From Pontiella sp. (lineage in GTDB: Bacteria > Verrucomicrobiota > Kiritimatiellia > Kiritimatiellales > Pontiellaceae), in assembly GCA_050290185.1 (NCBI GenBank), contig JBNKHE010000001.1, forward strand, positions 130,713-194,712: a stretch of 64,000 nucleotides of DNA, given 5' to 3'. Every line of letters begins with the position of its first letter. Positions within the stretch are counted from its first letter, which is position 1. Positions 21,448 to 31,625 of this stretch are shown piece by piece. A program made the position numbers and the translations under genes. The notes under the pieces are model-generated. The model was given only the letters and a program-made list of their open reading frames with translations. It made no database searches and was not told the DNA's origin.

Positions 21448-22200
21448 CTAGGTGCGCTTGCCTTCGATGATCTTCATGGAAACGAACAGGAACCATGCGG
21501 AATTACATAGATACATCACGATAATCCGGCTATCCAGAATCCCCCGTGAAAAATCCATCATGTGAACGAAAGACGAGTAATACTGGCCCAGAGTCCGCAC
21601 CGTGTTGCTTTGTGAATTCGAGGCCATGAAGGCCAGCACCAGCGTAGTTCCGAACAGAAGGGCGAACGACGAAATGGCGGCCACAATCTGGTTCGAGGTC
21701 AACGCCGACATGCAGAGACCCACGGAAAGGTACAGGCCGCCCACCAGAATAATGCCCATGGCCGCCGACCACATCGCACCGGCATCGGGGAACCCGACCA
21801 CCTCCGGTGGGCTGAAATGAATCAGTATTCCAATATACACAACGACAGGAAGCCACAGCACGATGTAGAACACCAGCGCTCCCGCAAATTTGGACAGGAC
21901 CAACTCCGGTATGCGTACAGACGTCGTCAGCAGAGCCTCCAGGGTGCCCAGCTTGCGCTCTTCCGCAAAGAGGCGCATCGTGATCAGCGGCACAACAAAG
22001 GGGACGGCAAAACTCAGCACCAGCCCTCCGAAAATTCCTTGCGTCGCAAACATCAGCGACTCGCCGTCCGCCATCTGGATCAGCAGCCAGATAAAGTTGC
22101 CGCCGGTCAGCACCCAGAAGAAAAACATCACCACATAGGCAATCGGTGAAAGGAAGCAGCTCCGCAGTTCCTTCTTGAAGAGGCTCAGGAATACACTCAC
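21448..22200 (-). CDS. GldF-like ABC-2 permease
   Basis: KELRSCFLSP, TMRLFAEERKLGTLEALLT, SNQIVAA. Confidence 0.9.
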   Translation of the reverse strand: MSVFLSLFKKELRSCFLSPIAYVVMFFFWVLTGGNFIWLLIQMADGESLMFATQGIFGGLVLSFAVPFVVPLITMRLFAEERKLGTLEALLTTSVRIPELVLSKFAGALVFYIVLWLPVVVYIGILIHFSPPEVVGFPDAGAMWSAAMGIILVGGLYLSVGLCMSALTSNQIVAAISSFALLFGTTLVLAFMASNSQSNTVRTLGQYYSSFVHMMDFSRGILDSRIIVMYLCNSAWFLFVSMKIIEGKRT

Positions 22201-23138
22201 GATTTCTCCCCCTTGCTGCGCGTAATCTGGACAAAGGTATCTTCCAACGAATGCTGCTGCTCGGTTAGTTCCCGCAACATCCAGCCCTCCGCAACAGCCA
22301 GATTGAAAAGTTCCACCCGCATGGCAGGGGCATCCGCTTCAATCTCCAGCCACAGCCAGCCGTCGGCCAGCTCCGTGGCATTGCGCACATCCATGCCGGC
22401 CAGTGCACCCACCTTGGCCACCGCCGTATCCTTGTCGGCCATGATTTCCATCTCGATAATGGAACAGGCATGCAGTTTCCGGTGCAGGTTTTCCTCCGTG
22501 TCGGAAGCGACAATGCAACCCTCGTTGATAATCAGGATCCGTTCACAGATGGCTTCGACCTCCTGCAGGATATGCGTCGAAAGCAAAATGGTATGCTGCG
22601 TGGCCAGCTGAAGGATCAACTCGCGCACCTGCCGGATCTGGAAAGGATCGAGTCCCACCGTCGGCTCATCCAGAATCAGCAGGTCGGGATCGTGCACCAG
22701 GCTGTCGGCCAATCCCACACGCTGACGGTACCCCTTGGAAAGCTGTCCGATAATGCGGCGCCCCACCTCGGTCAGTCCGCATTGTTCCTTGACCTCGCCG
22801 ACCCTGGCCTTGCGGACAGACGATTTGACGCCCTTCAGTTCAGCGCGGAAACGCAAATATTCATCCACGCGCATTTCAGGATAGAGGGGGCAGCTTTCGG
22901 GCAGGTAGCCGATACGCCGACGCACCTCCTGCGGCTGGGTGGCCACATCAAATCCTGCAATCTCAATGGATCCGGAGTCCACCGGAAGATATCCCGCCAA
23001 CATGCGCATGGTAGTCGTCTTCCCCGCGCCGTTCGGCCCGAGAAATCCGACAATTTCACCCCGAGCTACCTCGAATGAAACATTATCCACCGCCAACCGC
23101 GCCGGATATTTCTTTGAAACTCCGTTTACCTTGATCAT
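22197..23138 (-). CDS. GldA-like ABC ATP-binding protein
   Basis: GPNGAGKT, LSKGYRQRVG, LILDEPT. Confidence 0.95.
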   Translation of the reverse strand: MIKVNGVSKKYPARLAVDNVSFEVARGEIVGFLGPNGAGKTTTMRMLAGYLPVDSGSIEIAGFDVATQPQEVRRRIGYLPESCPLYPEMRVDEYLRFRAELKGVKSSVRKARVGEVKEQCGLTEVGRRIIGQLSKGYRQRVGLADSLVHDPDLLILDEPTVGLDPFQIRQVRELILQLATQHTILLSTHILQEVEAICERILIINEGCIVASDTEENLHRKLHACSIIEMEIMADKDTAVAKVGALAGMDVRNATELADGWLWLEIEADAPAMRVELFNLAVAEGWMLRELTEQQHSLEDTFVQITRSKGEKS

Positions 23139-23208
23139 GTATAAGTCCGTCTAATAAAGCATTTCATTATGCCTGAGCCCTGCACCGAGTCAAGCAACCT
23201 GGCGGCAT

Positions 23209-23415
23209 TCAGCCGGCACCGCAATCCTTGCATAGATTACGAACAGAGCGATCCCATGTGGCCTCGCCCTCCTTAGAAAAGAAACAACCGGGAATCTGGC
23301 CCTTTGCCCGATGATAGGCTACGCATTCGCAACACACGCCACGTTTGTCGCAATCATAGGTACAGGTACAGAACTTCAGGTTTTCCCCTTTGCCTGGACA
23401 TGCCGCACCCATCAA
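23209..23415 (-). CDS. Small Cys-rich protein (DUF6485-like)
   Basis: CTCTY.C...GVCCECVAYHR..GQIPGCFF...E..WDRS pattern; overlaps the hisC stop. Confidence 0.75.
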   Translation of the reverse strand: MMGAACPGKGENLKFCTCTYDCDKRGVCCECVAYHRAKGQIPGCFFSKEGEATWDRSVRNLCKDCGAG

Positions 23416-24467
23416 TCATCCCCCCGCAGGATTTCATCCAGCGCGTCCAGGAATGCCAGCATCTCCGGCGCCGTTCCAATCGTGACGCGCAGATAGTCGC
23501 GTGTGCGCTCATCGCCGGAAAAATAGCGTACGATGATATTCTTTGTCCGCAGCGCCTTAAAAAGCGATTCCGCCGTAAAACCCAACGGTTTGATCCACAG
23601 AAAATTGGATTGGGAAGGGCAGACCTCAAACCCGAACTCCTCGAGCTTCTCTGTCACCATCTTGCGGGTTTCAACGATCGCCTCAACATTGGCTTTCATC
23701 GTGTCCTGATCGAGGATCGCCACGCGAGCAACTTCCTGTGTCAGATAGTTCACGTTGTACGAATCCTTGATCTTGTACATGGCACCGATCAGTTCGGCAT
23801 TCCCCACGCAATAACCCAACCGGATTCCCGCCAGCGAATAGGACTTCGAGAGCGTCCGCGCGACCAGAACATTGTCGTGCGCGATGGCAAACTCCATGCA
23901 GTTGTCGTCTGCAAAGTCGGCATAGGCCTCGTCAATCAGCACTACGCCGTCAAACTCCTTCACGAAACCTTCGATCGTGGCCTTTTCGTAAACCATGCTC
24001 GTGGGCGCATTGGGCTGCGTCAGAAAAAACAGCGATGCTTCGTAGTTTTTGGGCATATCCCAGCCAAACGCGGCATTGAGCGCAACCGGCCGTTTTTCAA
24101 CATCTTCAATGTCGGCCAAAACCGGATAAAGCGAATAGGACGGATCGAAATAGCCCACCGAGCCATCCCGTTCCACAAATGCGCGGATACACAGCGCCAG
24201 CACTTCATCCGAGCCATTTCCCACAAAAACATTTTCAACAGCGCACCCGTGCAGATCGGCAATTACCTTGCGCAGTTCCGTGCAAACCGGATCGGGATAA
24301 CGCGATAGAACCGCGATATCGACCATCGACAGAATATCCTGCACATCCGGCGAGGGCAGATACGGATTTTCGTTGGTATTCAGCTTGATGATTCCCTCGC
24401 CCTTCGGTTGCTCGCCGGGGACGTAGCCGGACATGGCCCGCACTGTTTTTCTAATCAAATCACTCAT
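23412..24467 (-). CDS. hisC: Histidinol-phosphate aminotransferase
   Basis: KLNTNENPY, GNGSDE, IDEAY, RTLSKSYSLAGIRLG. Confidence 0.95.
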   Translation of the reverse strand: MSDLIRKTVRAMSGYVPGEQPKGEGIIKLNTNENPYLPSPDVQDILSMVDIAVLSRYPDPVCTELRKVIADLHGCAVENVFVGNGSDEVLALCIRAFVERDGSVGYFDPSYSLYPVLADIEDVEKRPVALNAAFGWDMPKNYEASLFFLTQPNAPTSMVYEKATIEGFVKEFDGVVLIDEAYADFADDNCMEFAIAHDNVLVARTLSKSYSLAGIRLGYCVGNAELIGAMYKIKDSYNVNYLTQEVARVAILDQDTMKANVEAIVETRKMVTEKLEEFGFEVCPSQSNFLWIKPLGFTAESLFKALRTKNIIVRYFSGDERTRDYLRVTIGTAPEMLAFLDALDEILRGDD

Positions 24468-24526
24468 AGGCTTCCTGTTACGTAAATCGCACTCCGAATT
24501 TAAAGACGGTGGAAATCATTCCCCCC

Positions 24527-25831
24527 TTACTCAAAACGAATCGTGGCGGAGCGCGCATGTCCGTCGAGGGTTTCAATGCGACCGAACGCCTCAACCACCG
24601 GCAAGGTGTCCTGCAGGTCTTCTTTGGTAAACCGGATCAGGCTGATGCGGCGGCGGAAATCTTCCACGGTCAGCCCCGAAAAATAGGCTGCCGTTCCGCC
24701 CGTCGGCAGCACATGGCTTGGTCCTGCGGCAAAGTCGCCCACCGATTCCGGAGTCCATTCGCCGATGAAGAGCGCTCCCGCATTCACTACTTTTCCGGCC
24801 CACTTATCAGGATTCTTGACCATCAATTCCATATGTTCCGGAGCAAACAGGTTGCACAGCTTCATGCCGTCGGCCAGATCCTTTACCACCACCAGCAGCA
24901 TGCCATTGGCCAGCACCTTGTTGATCGGCTCAGAACGCGACAGCGTTGCCGCCTGCTTAATAACCTCCGCACGAATGGCCTCGGCCTGCTTTTGCGAGGT
25001 CGTAACCAACAGAGACTTTTCCGATCCGGTTCCGTGCTCCGCCTGCGAAAGCAGGTCGGCCGCAACGTGGGCCGGATTGGCGAAGGTATCGCAAAGTACG
25101 GCAATCTCGCTCGGCCCGGCAACCATGTCGAGTGCAACATCACCGTATACCTGCCGTTTTGCGGCGGTAACATAGGGGCCGCCGGGCCCGACAATCTTGC
25201 GGACCTTGGCGATTGACTTGGTTCCGTAAGCCATTGCGCCGATCGCGTGTACCCCACCGATCTTGTAGATCTCGGTGGCACCGGCCAGATCGAGGGCATA
25301 GATTATGTAAGGGTTCAGTTTGCCGGTTGCATCCCCCGGTGAGCAGGCGACCAGTTCTTTCACGCCCGCCACCTTAGCCAGCGTGAGCGTCATCAGCGCG
25401 GTCGAAGCCAACGGAGCAGCACCGCCCGGAATGTAGGCGCCCACCCGGTCGAAGGCAACGAACCGTTCGCCGAGCATACCGCCCTTTGGCGTATCCATCT
25501 GCCAGTCATCGCGCAAACCATTCTTCGAGAACGCTACAATGCGCTTGTGCGCCTCTTTCGCCGCTTTCTTGAAATCGTCGTCGACCAGCGTCACCGCCTC
25601 GGCGATTTCCTCGGGGGAAACGCGAATACGGCGGGAGGAAATACTGGAGCCGTCAAACCGGCGGGCGCACTCAATGACGGCTTTGTCGCCGCGCTCCTTC
25701 ACATCAGCCAAAATGGCGGCAGCCGCCTTCATGGCCTGCTCCTCCACCGACGGGCGCAGAAGGAAATCCTCGACCTTCTTGTATTTCTTATCGGTGCCCC
25801 ATTTGACGATTGGTGCCAAATTCCTGCTCAT
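24527..25831 (-). CDS. hisD: Histidinol dehydrogenase
   Basis: YIPGG, GPSE, DLLSQAEH, APEH, GPSHVLPTGG. Confidence 0.97.
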   Translation of the reverse strand: MSRNLAPIVKWGTDKKYKKVEDFLLRPSVEEQAMKAAAAILADVKERGDKAVIECARRFDGSSISSRRIRVSPEEIAEAVTLVDDDFKKAAKEAHKRIVAFSKNGLRDDWQMDTPKGGMLGERFVAFDRVGAYIPGGAAPLASTALMTLTLAKVAGVKELVACSPGDATGKLNPYIIYALDLAGATEIYKIGGVHAIGAMAYGTKSIAKVRKIVGPGGPYVTAAKRQVYGDVALDMVAGPSEIAVLCDTFANPAHVAADLLSQAEHGTGSEKSLLVTTSQKQAEAIRAEVIKQAATLSRSEPINKVLANGMLLVVVKDLADGMKLCNLFAPEHMELMVKNPDKWAGKVVNAGALFIGEWTPESVGDFAAGPSHVLPTGGTAAYFSGLTVEDFRRRISLIRFTKEDLQDTLPVVEAFGRIETLDGHARSATIRFE

Positions 25832-25894
25832 ATTTCTATCCTCTTGTTGTGCAAAACCTGCAAAATCTACCTGTAACCGGGCCTAATTCAACCC

Positions 25895-27262
25895 TTATTT
25901 ACCGATGCAGAAGCGCGAGAAAATATTATCCAGCAACTCCTCATGGTATACCCGGCCAGTAACCTGCCCCAGATATTCCAACGCCGAACGCAGATGTTCG
26001 CTGGCCAGTACTGCGTTGGCCTCGACGTTTTCATTCAGAAATGTCCGCGCCTGCTTTGCTTCGGAATGAGCTTTGACCAACAACTGCCGATGACGTTCGG
26101 AAATAACTGCATGGGGTGGTGTATGCAAATCCGCCCCCTTTTCGAGCGCATCGGCCATCGCCCGCTTTAGCTCCTCGACTCCCGTCCCTGCAATCAGGCA
26201 GGCCTCGACCCCTGAAACGCCCTCGATCCGGCGGCCTTGGTCCACCTTGTTGAGCACCACAATGCTCTTGTCGGGGTGCAGTTTATCCAGGCGAACCCGG
26301 TCCTCTTCGTGCAACGGTTGCGAGGCATCAACCAGATAAACCGACAGATGGGCCTCCTGACCGTGAGCTTCGGCGCGCCGGATGCCCTCGGCCTCTATTT
26401 CGCAGTCGGTCTCGCGCAGACCGGCGGTATCCGTAATACGCAACGGAATGCCATCGAGAACGAATCCTTCTTCGATCGTATCGCGCGTGGTACCTGCCGT
26501 GCTCGAAACAATGGCACGGTTGAAACCGAGCAGCGCATTCAAAAGGGTCGACTTCCCGGCATTGGGACGACCCAGAATCACCACGCGTGCGCCTTCCCGC
26601 AACAGTCGCCCCTCGTCCCAGGTATCGAGCAATTCATCCAGCGACCTGAACGTACGGTCCAGCAGATCGGCGATTCCCGCGAAGACATCATCCGGAAGCT
26701 CGTCTTCAACAAAGTCTAGAGTGGTTTCAAGATTGGCGGCTACTTCGAGAAAGGCATCGTAGATGGCATTGAACTGGTTGCTGAGCTTGCCTTCCATCTG
26801 CTCCATGGCGGCGCTGGCCGCCCGATCGGACCGGGCGCGGATCAGATCGAAAATGCCTTCGGCCTGGACTAGGTCAATACGGCCATTGAGAAAAGCGCGC
26901 TTGGTGAATTCGCCGGGTTCGGCCATGCGGGCGCCCGCTTCGAGCGCGCGCCGCAGGATGCGCCGCATACCCACGGCACCGCCGTGCCCCTGAATCTCCA
27001 CAACATCCTCGCAGGTGTAGCTTCTGGGAGCGCGCATCACCAGCGCCAGACCGGTATCGATCTCCCCGCCCTTCGAGTCCAGCACCTTGCCATAGACAAA
27101 GCGCCCATGCTCCAGCTCGGAAACCGGCGTTTTATCCAATGCGGTAAAGATGGTGTCGGCAATCACCCAGACCTCAGGCCCCGAAATGCGAACAATACCC
27201 ACCCCGCCCTCGCCGGGCGGCGTTGCAATTGCAGCAATCGTATCTGGTTCATACAAAGACAT
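25895..27262 (-). CDS. mnmE: tRNA modification GTPase MnmE
   Basis: [36 protein letters not shown]-terminal FCIGK. Confidence 0.97.
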   Translation of the reverse strand: MSLYEPDTIAAIATPPGEGGVGIVRISGPEVWVIADTIFTALDKTPVSELEHGRFVYGKVLDSKGGEIDTGLALVMRAPRSYTCEDVVEIQGHGGAVGMRRILRRALEAGARMAEPGEFTKRAFLNGRIDLVQAEGIFDLIRARSDRAASAAMEQMEGKLSNQFNAIYDAFLEVAANLETTLDFVEDELPDDVFAGIADLLDRTFRSLDELLDTWDEGRLLREGARVVILGRPNAGKSTLLNALLGFNRAIVSSTAGTTRDTIEEGFVLDGIPLRITDTAGLRETDCEIEAEGIRRAEAHGQEAHLSVYLVDASQPLHEEDRVRLDKLHPDKSIVVLNKVDQGRRIEGVSGVEACLIAGTGVEELKRAMADALEKGADLHTPPHAVISERHRQLLVKAHSEAKQARTFLNENVEANAVLASEHLRSALEYLGQVTGRVYHEELLDNIFSRFCIGK

Positions 27263-27347
27263 GGGGCGGATGATAGCCGCTTCCGCCCGATGGGAAAGCA
27301 GAAAACCCATATTGCACAAACATCTCCGAAAGATTAGGATTCAGGAC

Positions 27348-27875
27348 ATGCCAATCATACGAAAGGAATATTACAGAGACTGGGAAGCCATCCGCCACCT
27401 ATACGAGCAGGCGTTCCATCAAAGTACCGAGGCGGATATCGTGGATGCCCTGCGTGCCGCCGACAAGATGACGCTCTCCCTGGTAGCGGAAAGCGACCGT
27501 GCCGTGGTCGGCCATATTCTCTTTTCACCCGCAACGGTTGACGGGCGCGACACGGCCATCGCCGCATTGGGCCCGATAGCGGTTATTCCACGGATGCAAC
27601 AGCATGAAATCGGGACGTTGCTTATCCGGTCCGGCATGAATATCTGCAGGGAACTGGGCATTAAAGCCCTCGTGGTGCTGGGCCCTCCGGACTATTACCT
27701 GCGATTCGGCTTTCAGCAGGCGTCCAGCGTTGGATTAACCTCATCCTGGAAGAACGTTCCCGACCAGGCTTTCATGGCCATAGAGCTGGAACCCGGCGCC
27801 CTTGCGGGGTGCACCGGCACGGTCCGTTATGCTCCTGAATTCAACCTGGCCATCCCGGCGGATCAGGGTTTGTAA
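27348..27875 (+). CDS. GNAT N-acetyltransferase (YhbS-like)
   Basis: VVGHILFS, LGPIAV, VLGPPDYYLRFGF; start moved to MPIIRK (AGGA RBS). Confidence 0.88.
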   Translation: MPIIRKEYYRDWEAIRHLYEQAFHQSTEADIVDALRAADKMTLSLVAESDRAVVGHILFSPATVDGRDTAIAALGPIAVIPRMQQHEIGTLLIRSGMNICRELGIKALVVLGPPDYYLRFGFQQASSVGLTSSWKNVPDQAFMAIELEPGALAGCTGTVRYAPEFNLAIPADQGL

Positions 27876-28654
27876 TATTGCATGGCTTCCGGCAGGTACT
27901 GCTGGATTTGCCGGATCCGCCTTTCATCGGAAGGATGCGTACTGAGCAATTCCAGTGGTTTTCCCGAACCCGCTTCCGACATGCGCTGCCAGAACCCGAC
28001 CGCCGCATGCGGGTCGTAGCCGGCCATCGCCATAAAAATCAATCCCAGCCGGTCGGCCTCGCTCTCGTGCAGGCGGGAATAAGGTAGAATGCCGCCGACC
28101 TGGGAGCCGATTCCATAAACCTGCATGATGACATCATGGCACTGGGCGTCCCTGGATAGAACCGAAACACCATACCCCACTCCCTGTTGAAGCAGCTGTG
28201 CGCTGATTCGCTCGGTACCGTGGCCCACCACGGCATGAGCAATCTCGTGCCCCATGACCACCGCAATCCCGGTATCATTCAGGGTGTACGGCAGGATCCC
28301 CGTATAGAACGCCACTTTGCCGCCCGGCATGCACCACGCGTTGGGTTCATTCTTGTCGATCAGGTTGAACTCCCAGCTGAATCCATCGAGAACCTGTGAT
28401 TGGTTTTGCTCGGCGAAGTACCGTTCCACCGCCGCGGAAATACGCAGGCCCACCCGCCGGATCTGCTCCGTCTGCCTCTGGTTGGTCGACAGCGGTCCTT
28501 CGGCGATAACCTCACTGTAGCTGGCGGCACTTTGCGCAACCATCGTCGCATCAGAAACAATCTTAAGCTGTCGACGCCCGGTGATCGGCGCCGTCGTGCA
28601 TCCCGCTAACATCAAGACGGCAGCCAGACTGCCAAGGAAAACTGTCTTTTTCAT
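27863..28654 (-). CDS. M48 family metallopeptidase lipoprotein
   Basis: Lipobox LAGC, NAWCMPGG, HEIAH, ESEAD, LSTHP. Confidence 0.93.
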   Translation of the reverse strand: MKKTVFLGSLAAVLMLAGCTTAPITGRRQLKIVSDATMVAQSAASYSEVIAEGPLSTNQRQTEQIRRVGLRISAAVERYFAEQNQSQVLDGFSWEFNLIDKNEPNAWCMPGGKVAFYTGILPYTLNDTGIAVVMGHEIAHAVVGHGTERISAQLLQQGVGYGVSVLSRDAQCHDVIMQVYGIGSQVGGILPYSRLHESEADRLGLIFMAMAGYDPHAAVGFWQRMSEAGSGKPLELLSTHPSDERRIRQIQQYLPEAMQYYKP

Positions 28655-28830
28655 GGTCCACTCCTTGCGATAAATGAGACTCAGAATAACGGGGCAGGCT
28701 TAAAAAATACATTGCGATGTCGAATCGATTACGTCGAAGAACGGTTTTTGGTTTGCTTGTTTGGAACCGCAGCGTATTTTTCCTCAGAGGCTCAGCCTGG
28801 ACCAGCGACACAAAAGGGAGAAACGCAATC

Positions 28831-30780
28831 ATGAACAAAGCCAACCGGATTCCTGCACGCATCGCCGATGCGCTGCAAAAATTCCCTCCCTTCTCCATGT
28901 TGCCGGCTCCGACCGTCGCCTCGTTGGCGAAGCAAGCAAGCGTCAAGGTGCTGGTCAAAGGCGATCACGTTTGGGAACAGGGAGATCCTCCCACCGATGA
29001 AGTGCTCTTTCTCGCCTTGGGACGGGTGGAATATTATCGTTCCGAAAACGGCACCAGCGAACTGGTGGACGTACGCGACGTCGGCGATGTGCTCGGCTTG
29101 TCCGCCCTCCACGAAGGCGAATCCTATCGCGTCACCGCCGAGGTTCAGGAAGACAGCATCCTCTACGTCCTTCCATGGTCGGATTTCAAATTCATTCTGG
29201 AGGTGAACGATCCGGCTCGAAACTATGTCCGCCGCCACCTTTTCTGGGGAACCCGCGTCGGGCGTTCCGTTCCAGCGGTCGGCTTCGACCGCGATGGCGC
29301 GCGCAGCATTATGGATGCCCATCTGGACGGTGCCCACGTCATTCAGCCGCGGCCGGCGGAACGGCTTCTTTCGTGTCATCCGGACACGCCCATCCGCACC
29401 GCGGCAGAAATGATGGTGAAGCGCAATCTGTCCTCTATTCTGGTAATCAACGAGGACGATCTCCCATTGGGATTCGTGACCGACATGCAACTGGTCCGGG
29501 AAGTGGTGGTCGGAACAACACGTCCTTCCAGTCCAGTGGCAAAGGTCATGCACAGTCCAGTGGCCACCGTCGCACCGAAGACCAATACTATGGCGGTCCT
29601 GCTAACCATGTTGCACGAACGGATTGATCACCTTTGCGTCACCGAGGACGGGACTCCGCAAACCAAAGCCCTCGATGTCTGTACCCCGAACGATCTGCTC
29701 TCGCAAAGCGGCCATCATCCCGTCGGGATCGTCCGCAATATCCAGCGGGCCCGCACATCCGCCCGCCTCCGCGAACTTTGCGACGATATTGAGGCGCTGG
29801 CCCGCTCCTATCTTGAAGCCGGCATCTCGGGCATCGTCATGGGACAGATCTGCGCCCAGTTATTCGATGCCCTCGTTTCCCGCATGATCGAAATGTCGGA
29901 GGAGATGCTGGCGGAACAGGGCATGGTCCTGCCGGACATCCCGTGGGCATGGATGGCCGTGGGCAGCGATGGACGGCGCGAGCAGGTGCTTCGCACTGAT
30001 ATGGACAATGCCTTGGTTTTTCAGAGCTCGGGCAATGCGGAGACCGACGAAAAGAACAGGAGCATCTTCCTGCAGATGACCACGCAAGTGATCAACCTGA
30101 TGGTTGAATCCGGATTTTCCCGTTGTCAGGGGGGGGTGATGGCCTCGAATCCGCGCTGGTGCAGAACAGAAGCAGAATGGATCGAGGAAATCCACGATAC
30201 CGACCGGTTATCGGTCGGAGACAATCTGCTCCGTGCCCTCGTGCTGTACGACCTCCGCTACGTCGCCGGTGATAAGGAGATCTGTGCCCAGGTGCGCGAC
30301 ACCGTTTTCGAAAAATCAACCTTGGCCAACCGTGCCGGCTCCCTGCGCCAGCTGGCTGAAATGGTCGTGGCCACCCCGCCTCCTCTCAATTTCAGAGGCA
30401 AGTTCATTGTGGAAAAAAAGGGACTGAACGAAGGCGAGTTCGACCTCAAGAAGCGGGGGCTGAGTCCGTTGCGCGATGCCGCACGGGTGTTTGCCCTCCA
30501 CTACGGACTAAAAATCCACCACTCCACCGGCGGACGCTGGCAGGAACTGGCATTCAGTCACCCGGAGTTGGCGGAACTGGCTGACCTGGCGCGCAGCGGA
30601 TACGATCAACTCCTGCGTTTCCGTACGTTGACCGGTTTGAAAAGAAACGATGACGGACGCTTCATCGATCCCGGCACTCTGGACCGGCTAGAACGGGAGC
30701 AGCTCGCCAATGTATTCGATGTTCAGCGGATGGTGCAGAATTCGGTGCGCCGGCATTTTAACCTGGAAACGCAAAGATAA
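28831..30780 (+). CDS. cNMP-binding + CBS + DUF294 nucleotidyltransferase-like protein
   Basis: N-terminal cNMP-like domain, CBS pair, GSDGRREQ...TDMDNAL (pol-beta NTase motif), CQGGVMASNPRW, DLKKRG. Confidence 0.9.
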   Translation: MNKANRIPARIADALQKFPPFSMLPAPTVASLAKQASVKVLVKGDHVWEQGDPPTDEVLFLALGRVEYYRSENGTSELVDVRDVGDVLGLSALHEGESYRVTAEVQEDSILYVLPWSDFKFILEVNDPARNYVRRHLFWGTRVGRSVPAVGFDRDGARSIMDAHLDGAHVIQPRPAERLLSCHPDTPIRTAAEMMVKRNLSSILVINEDDLPLGFVTDMQLVREVVVGTTRPSSPVAKVMHSPVATVAPKTNTMAVLLTMLHERIDHLCVTEDGTPQTKALDVCTPNDLLSQSGHHPVGIVRNIQRARTSARLRELCDDIEALARSYLEAGISGIVMGQICAQLFDALVSRMIEMSEEMLAEQGMVLPDIPWAWMAVGSDGRREQVLRTDMDNALVFQSSGNAETDEKNRSIFLQMTTQVINLMVESGFSRCQGGVMASNPRWCRTEAEWIEEIHDTDRLSVGDNLLRALVLYDLRYVAGDKEICAQVRDTVFEKSTLANRAGSLRQLAEMVVATPPPLNFRGKFIVEKKGLNEGEFDLKKRGLSPLRDAARVFALHYGLKIHHSTGGRWQELAFSHPELAELADLARSGYDQLLRFRTLTGLKRNDDGRFIDPGTLDRLEREQLANVFDVQRMVQNSVRRHFNLETQR

Positions 30781-31454
30781 TGCTCTTCAAACGCCCAAAA
30801 CTTCCGGAAGTTGTGCAGCGCTATCTGGATCAAACGAGTCGGTCGCTGGTGCGCAAAAAACCATTCGATGCGGTGCGTCTGGTGGCGCTCGATACGGAGT
30901 GCAGTGGTTTTGAGATCGGCCGCGACCGGTTACTGTCGGTCGGTGTTATTGAAATCGACTGGGCTCACATCCGGCTTGAAACAAGCATCGAATGGCTGGT
31001 CTACCAACCAAATATCGTGGCCAACAAGGCAACGGAAATCCATGGCATCCTTCCATCAGATACGCTGGAGGGCATGCCGGAACGACAGATGCTCATCGAG
31101 CTGCTTCCCCGTATTACCGGTGCCATTGTGGTGGGCCATCAAATCTGGTTTGACGCGCTGATGCTCAATAACGCGCTGCAACGCAACTTTGGCATTGGCT
31201 TCCGCAACCCGACCATTGATGTCGGGCCCATGGCTATGTATGAACTGCAGCCTTTCCGCAAATCCGGCTACATCAACCAGCGGCCGCCTTCGCTGGAAGA
31301 CCTCTGCGCCCACTTTGGTCTTCCGCAGGACGACCGCCACACCGCCGAGGGCGATGCCTATATTGCCGCAGAGATCTTTCTGCTAATGTGCGGACACATC
31401 CGCAAGCGCCGGGGAAGTATCACGCGGCGGGATCTTCCGATCAAGAAACCTTGA
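30780..31454 (+). CDS. DEDDh 3'-5' exonuclease (DnaQ-like)
   Basis: LDTE, GHQIWFD, HTAEGDA; TAATG coupling to the upstream gene. Confidence 0.9.
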   Translation: MLFKRPKLPEVVQRYLDQTSRSLVRKKPFDAVRLVALDTECSGFEIGRDRLLSVGVIEIDWAHIRLETSIEWLVYQPNIVANKATEIHGILPSDTLEGMPERQMLIELLPRITGAIVVGHQIWFDALMLNNALQRNFGIGFRNPTIDVGPMAMYELQPFRKSGYINQRPPSLEDLCAHFGLPQDDRHTAEGDAYIAAEIFLLMCGHIRKRRGSITRRDLPIKKP

Positions 31455-31625
31455 GGGTCGTTGCCGGACCAACAATCCCTTGCAGGAGCATTCTTTACAA
31501 CCTATGCTTTATTGTGGAAACGGGAGTTGAACCAAAGGGCCCTTGGTTTCTATTGGAGGATGAGCGATGGGTCGAATACGCAGGGTTTTACATTGTCCAG
31601 ATGTTCCTCCGCGCGGGACTAATCC

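Noticed and set aside
19991..23138. Gliding motility machinery
   Set aside because: GldAFG-like ABC systems are widespread; no gldK-N/spr genes are present here.
25873..25878. TGTAAC as another ECF promoter
   Set aside because: No matching -10 element at 18 nt and no plus-strand gene downstream.
27863..27875. Overlap of the GNAT and M48 gene ends
   Set aside because: A short convergent overlap is common.
28831..31454. CBASS-like or toxin-antitoxin defence system
   Set aside because: The architecture is cNMP-CBS-DUF294 (GlnD/GlnE-like), with no effector or defence context.
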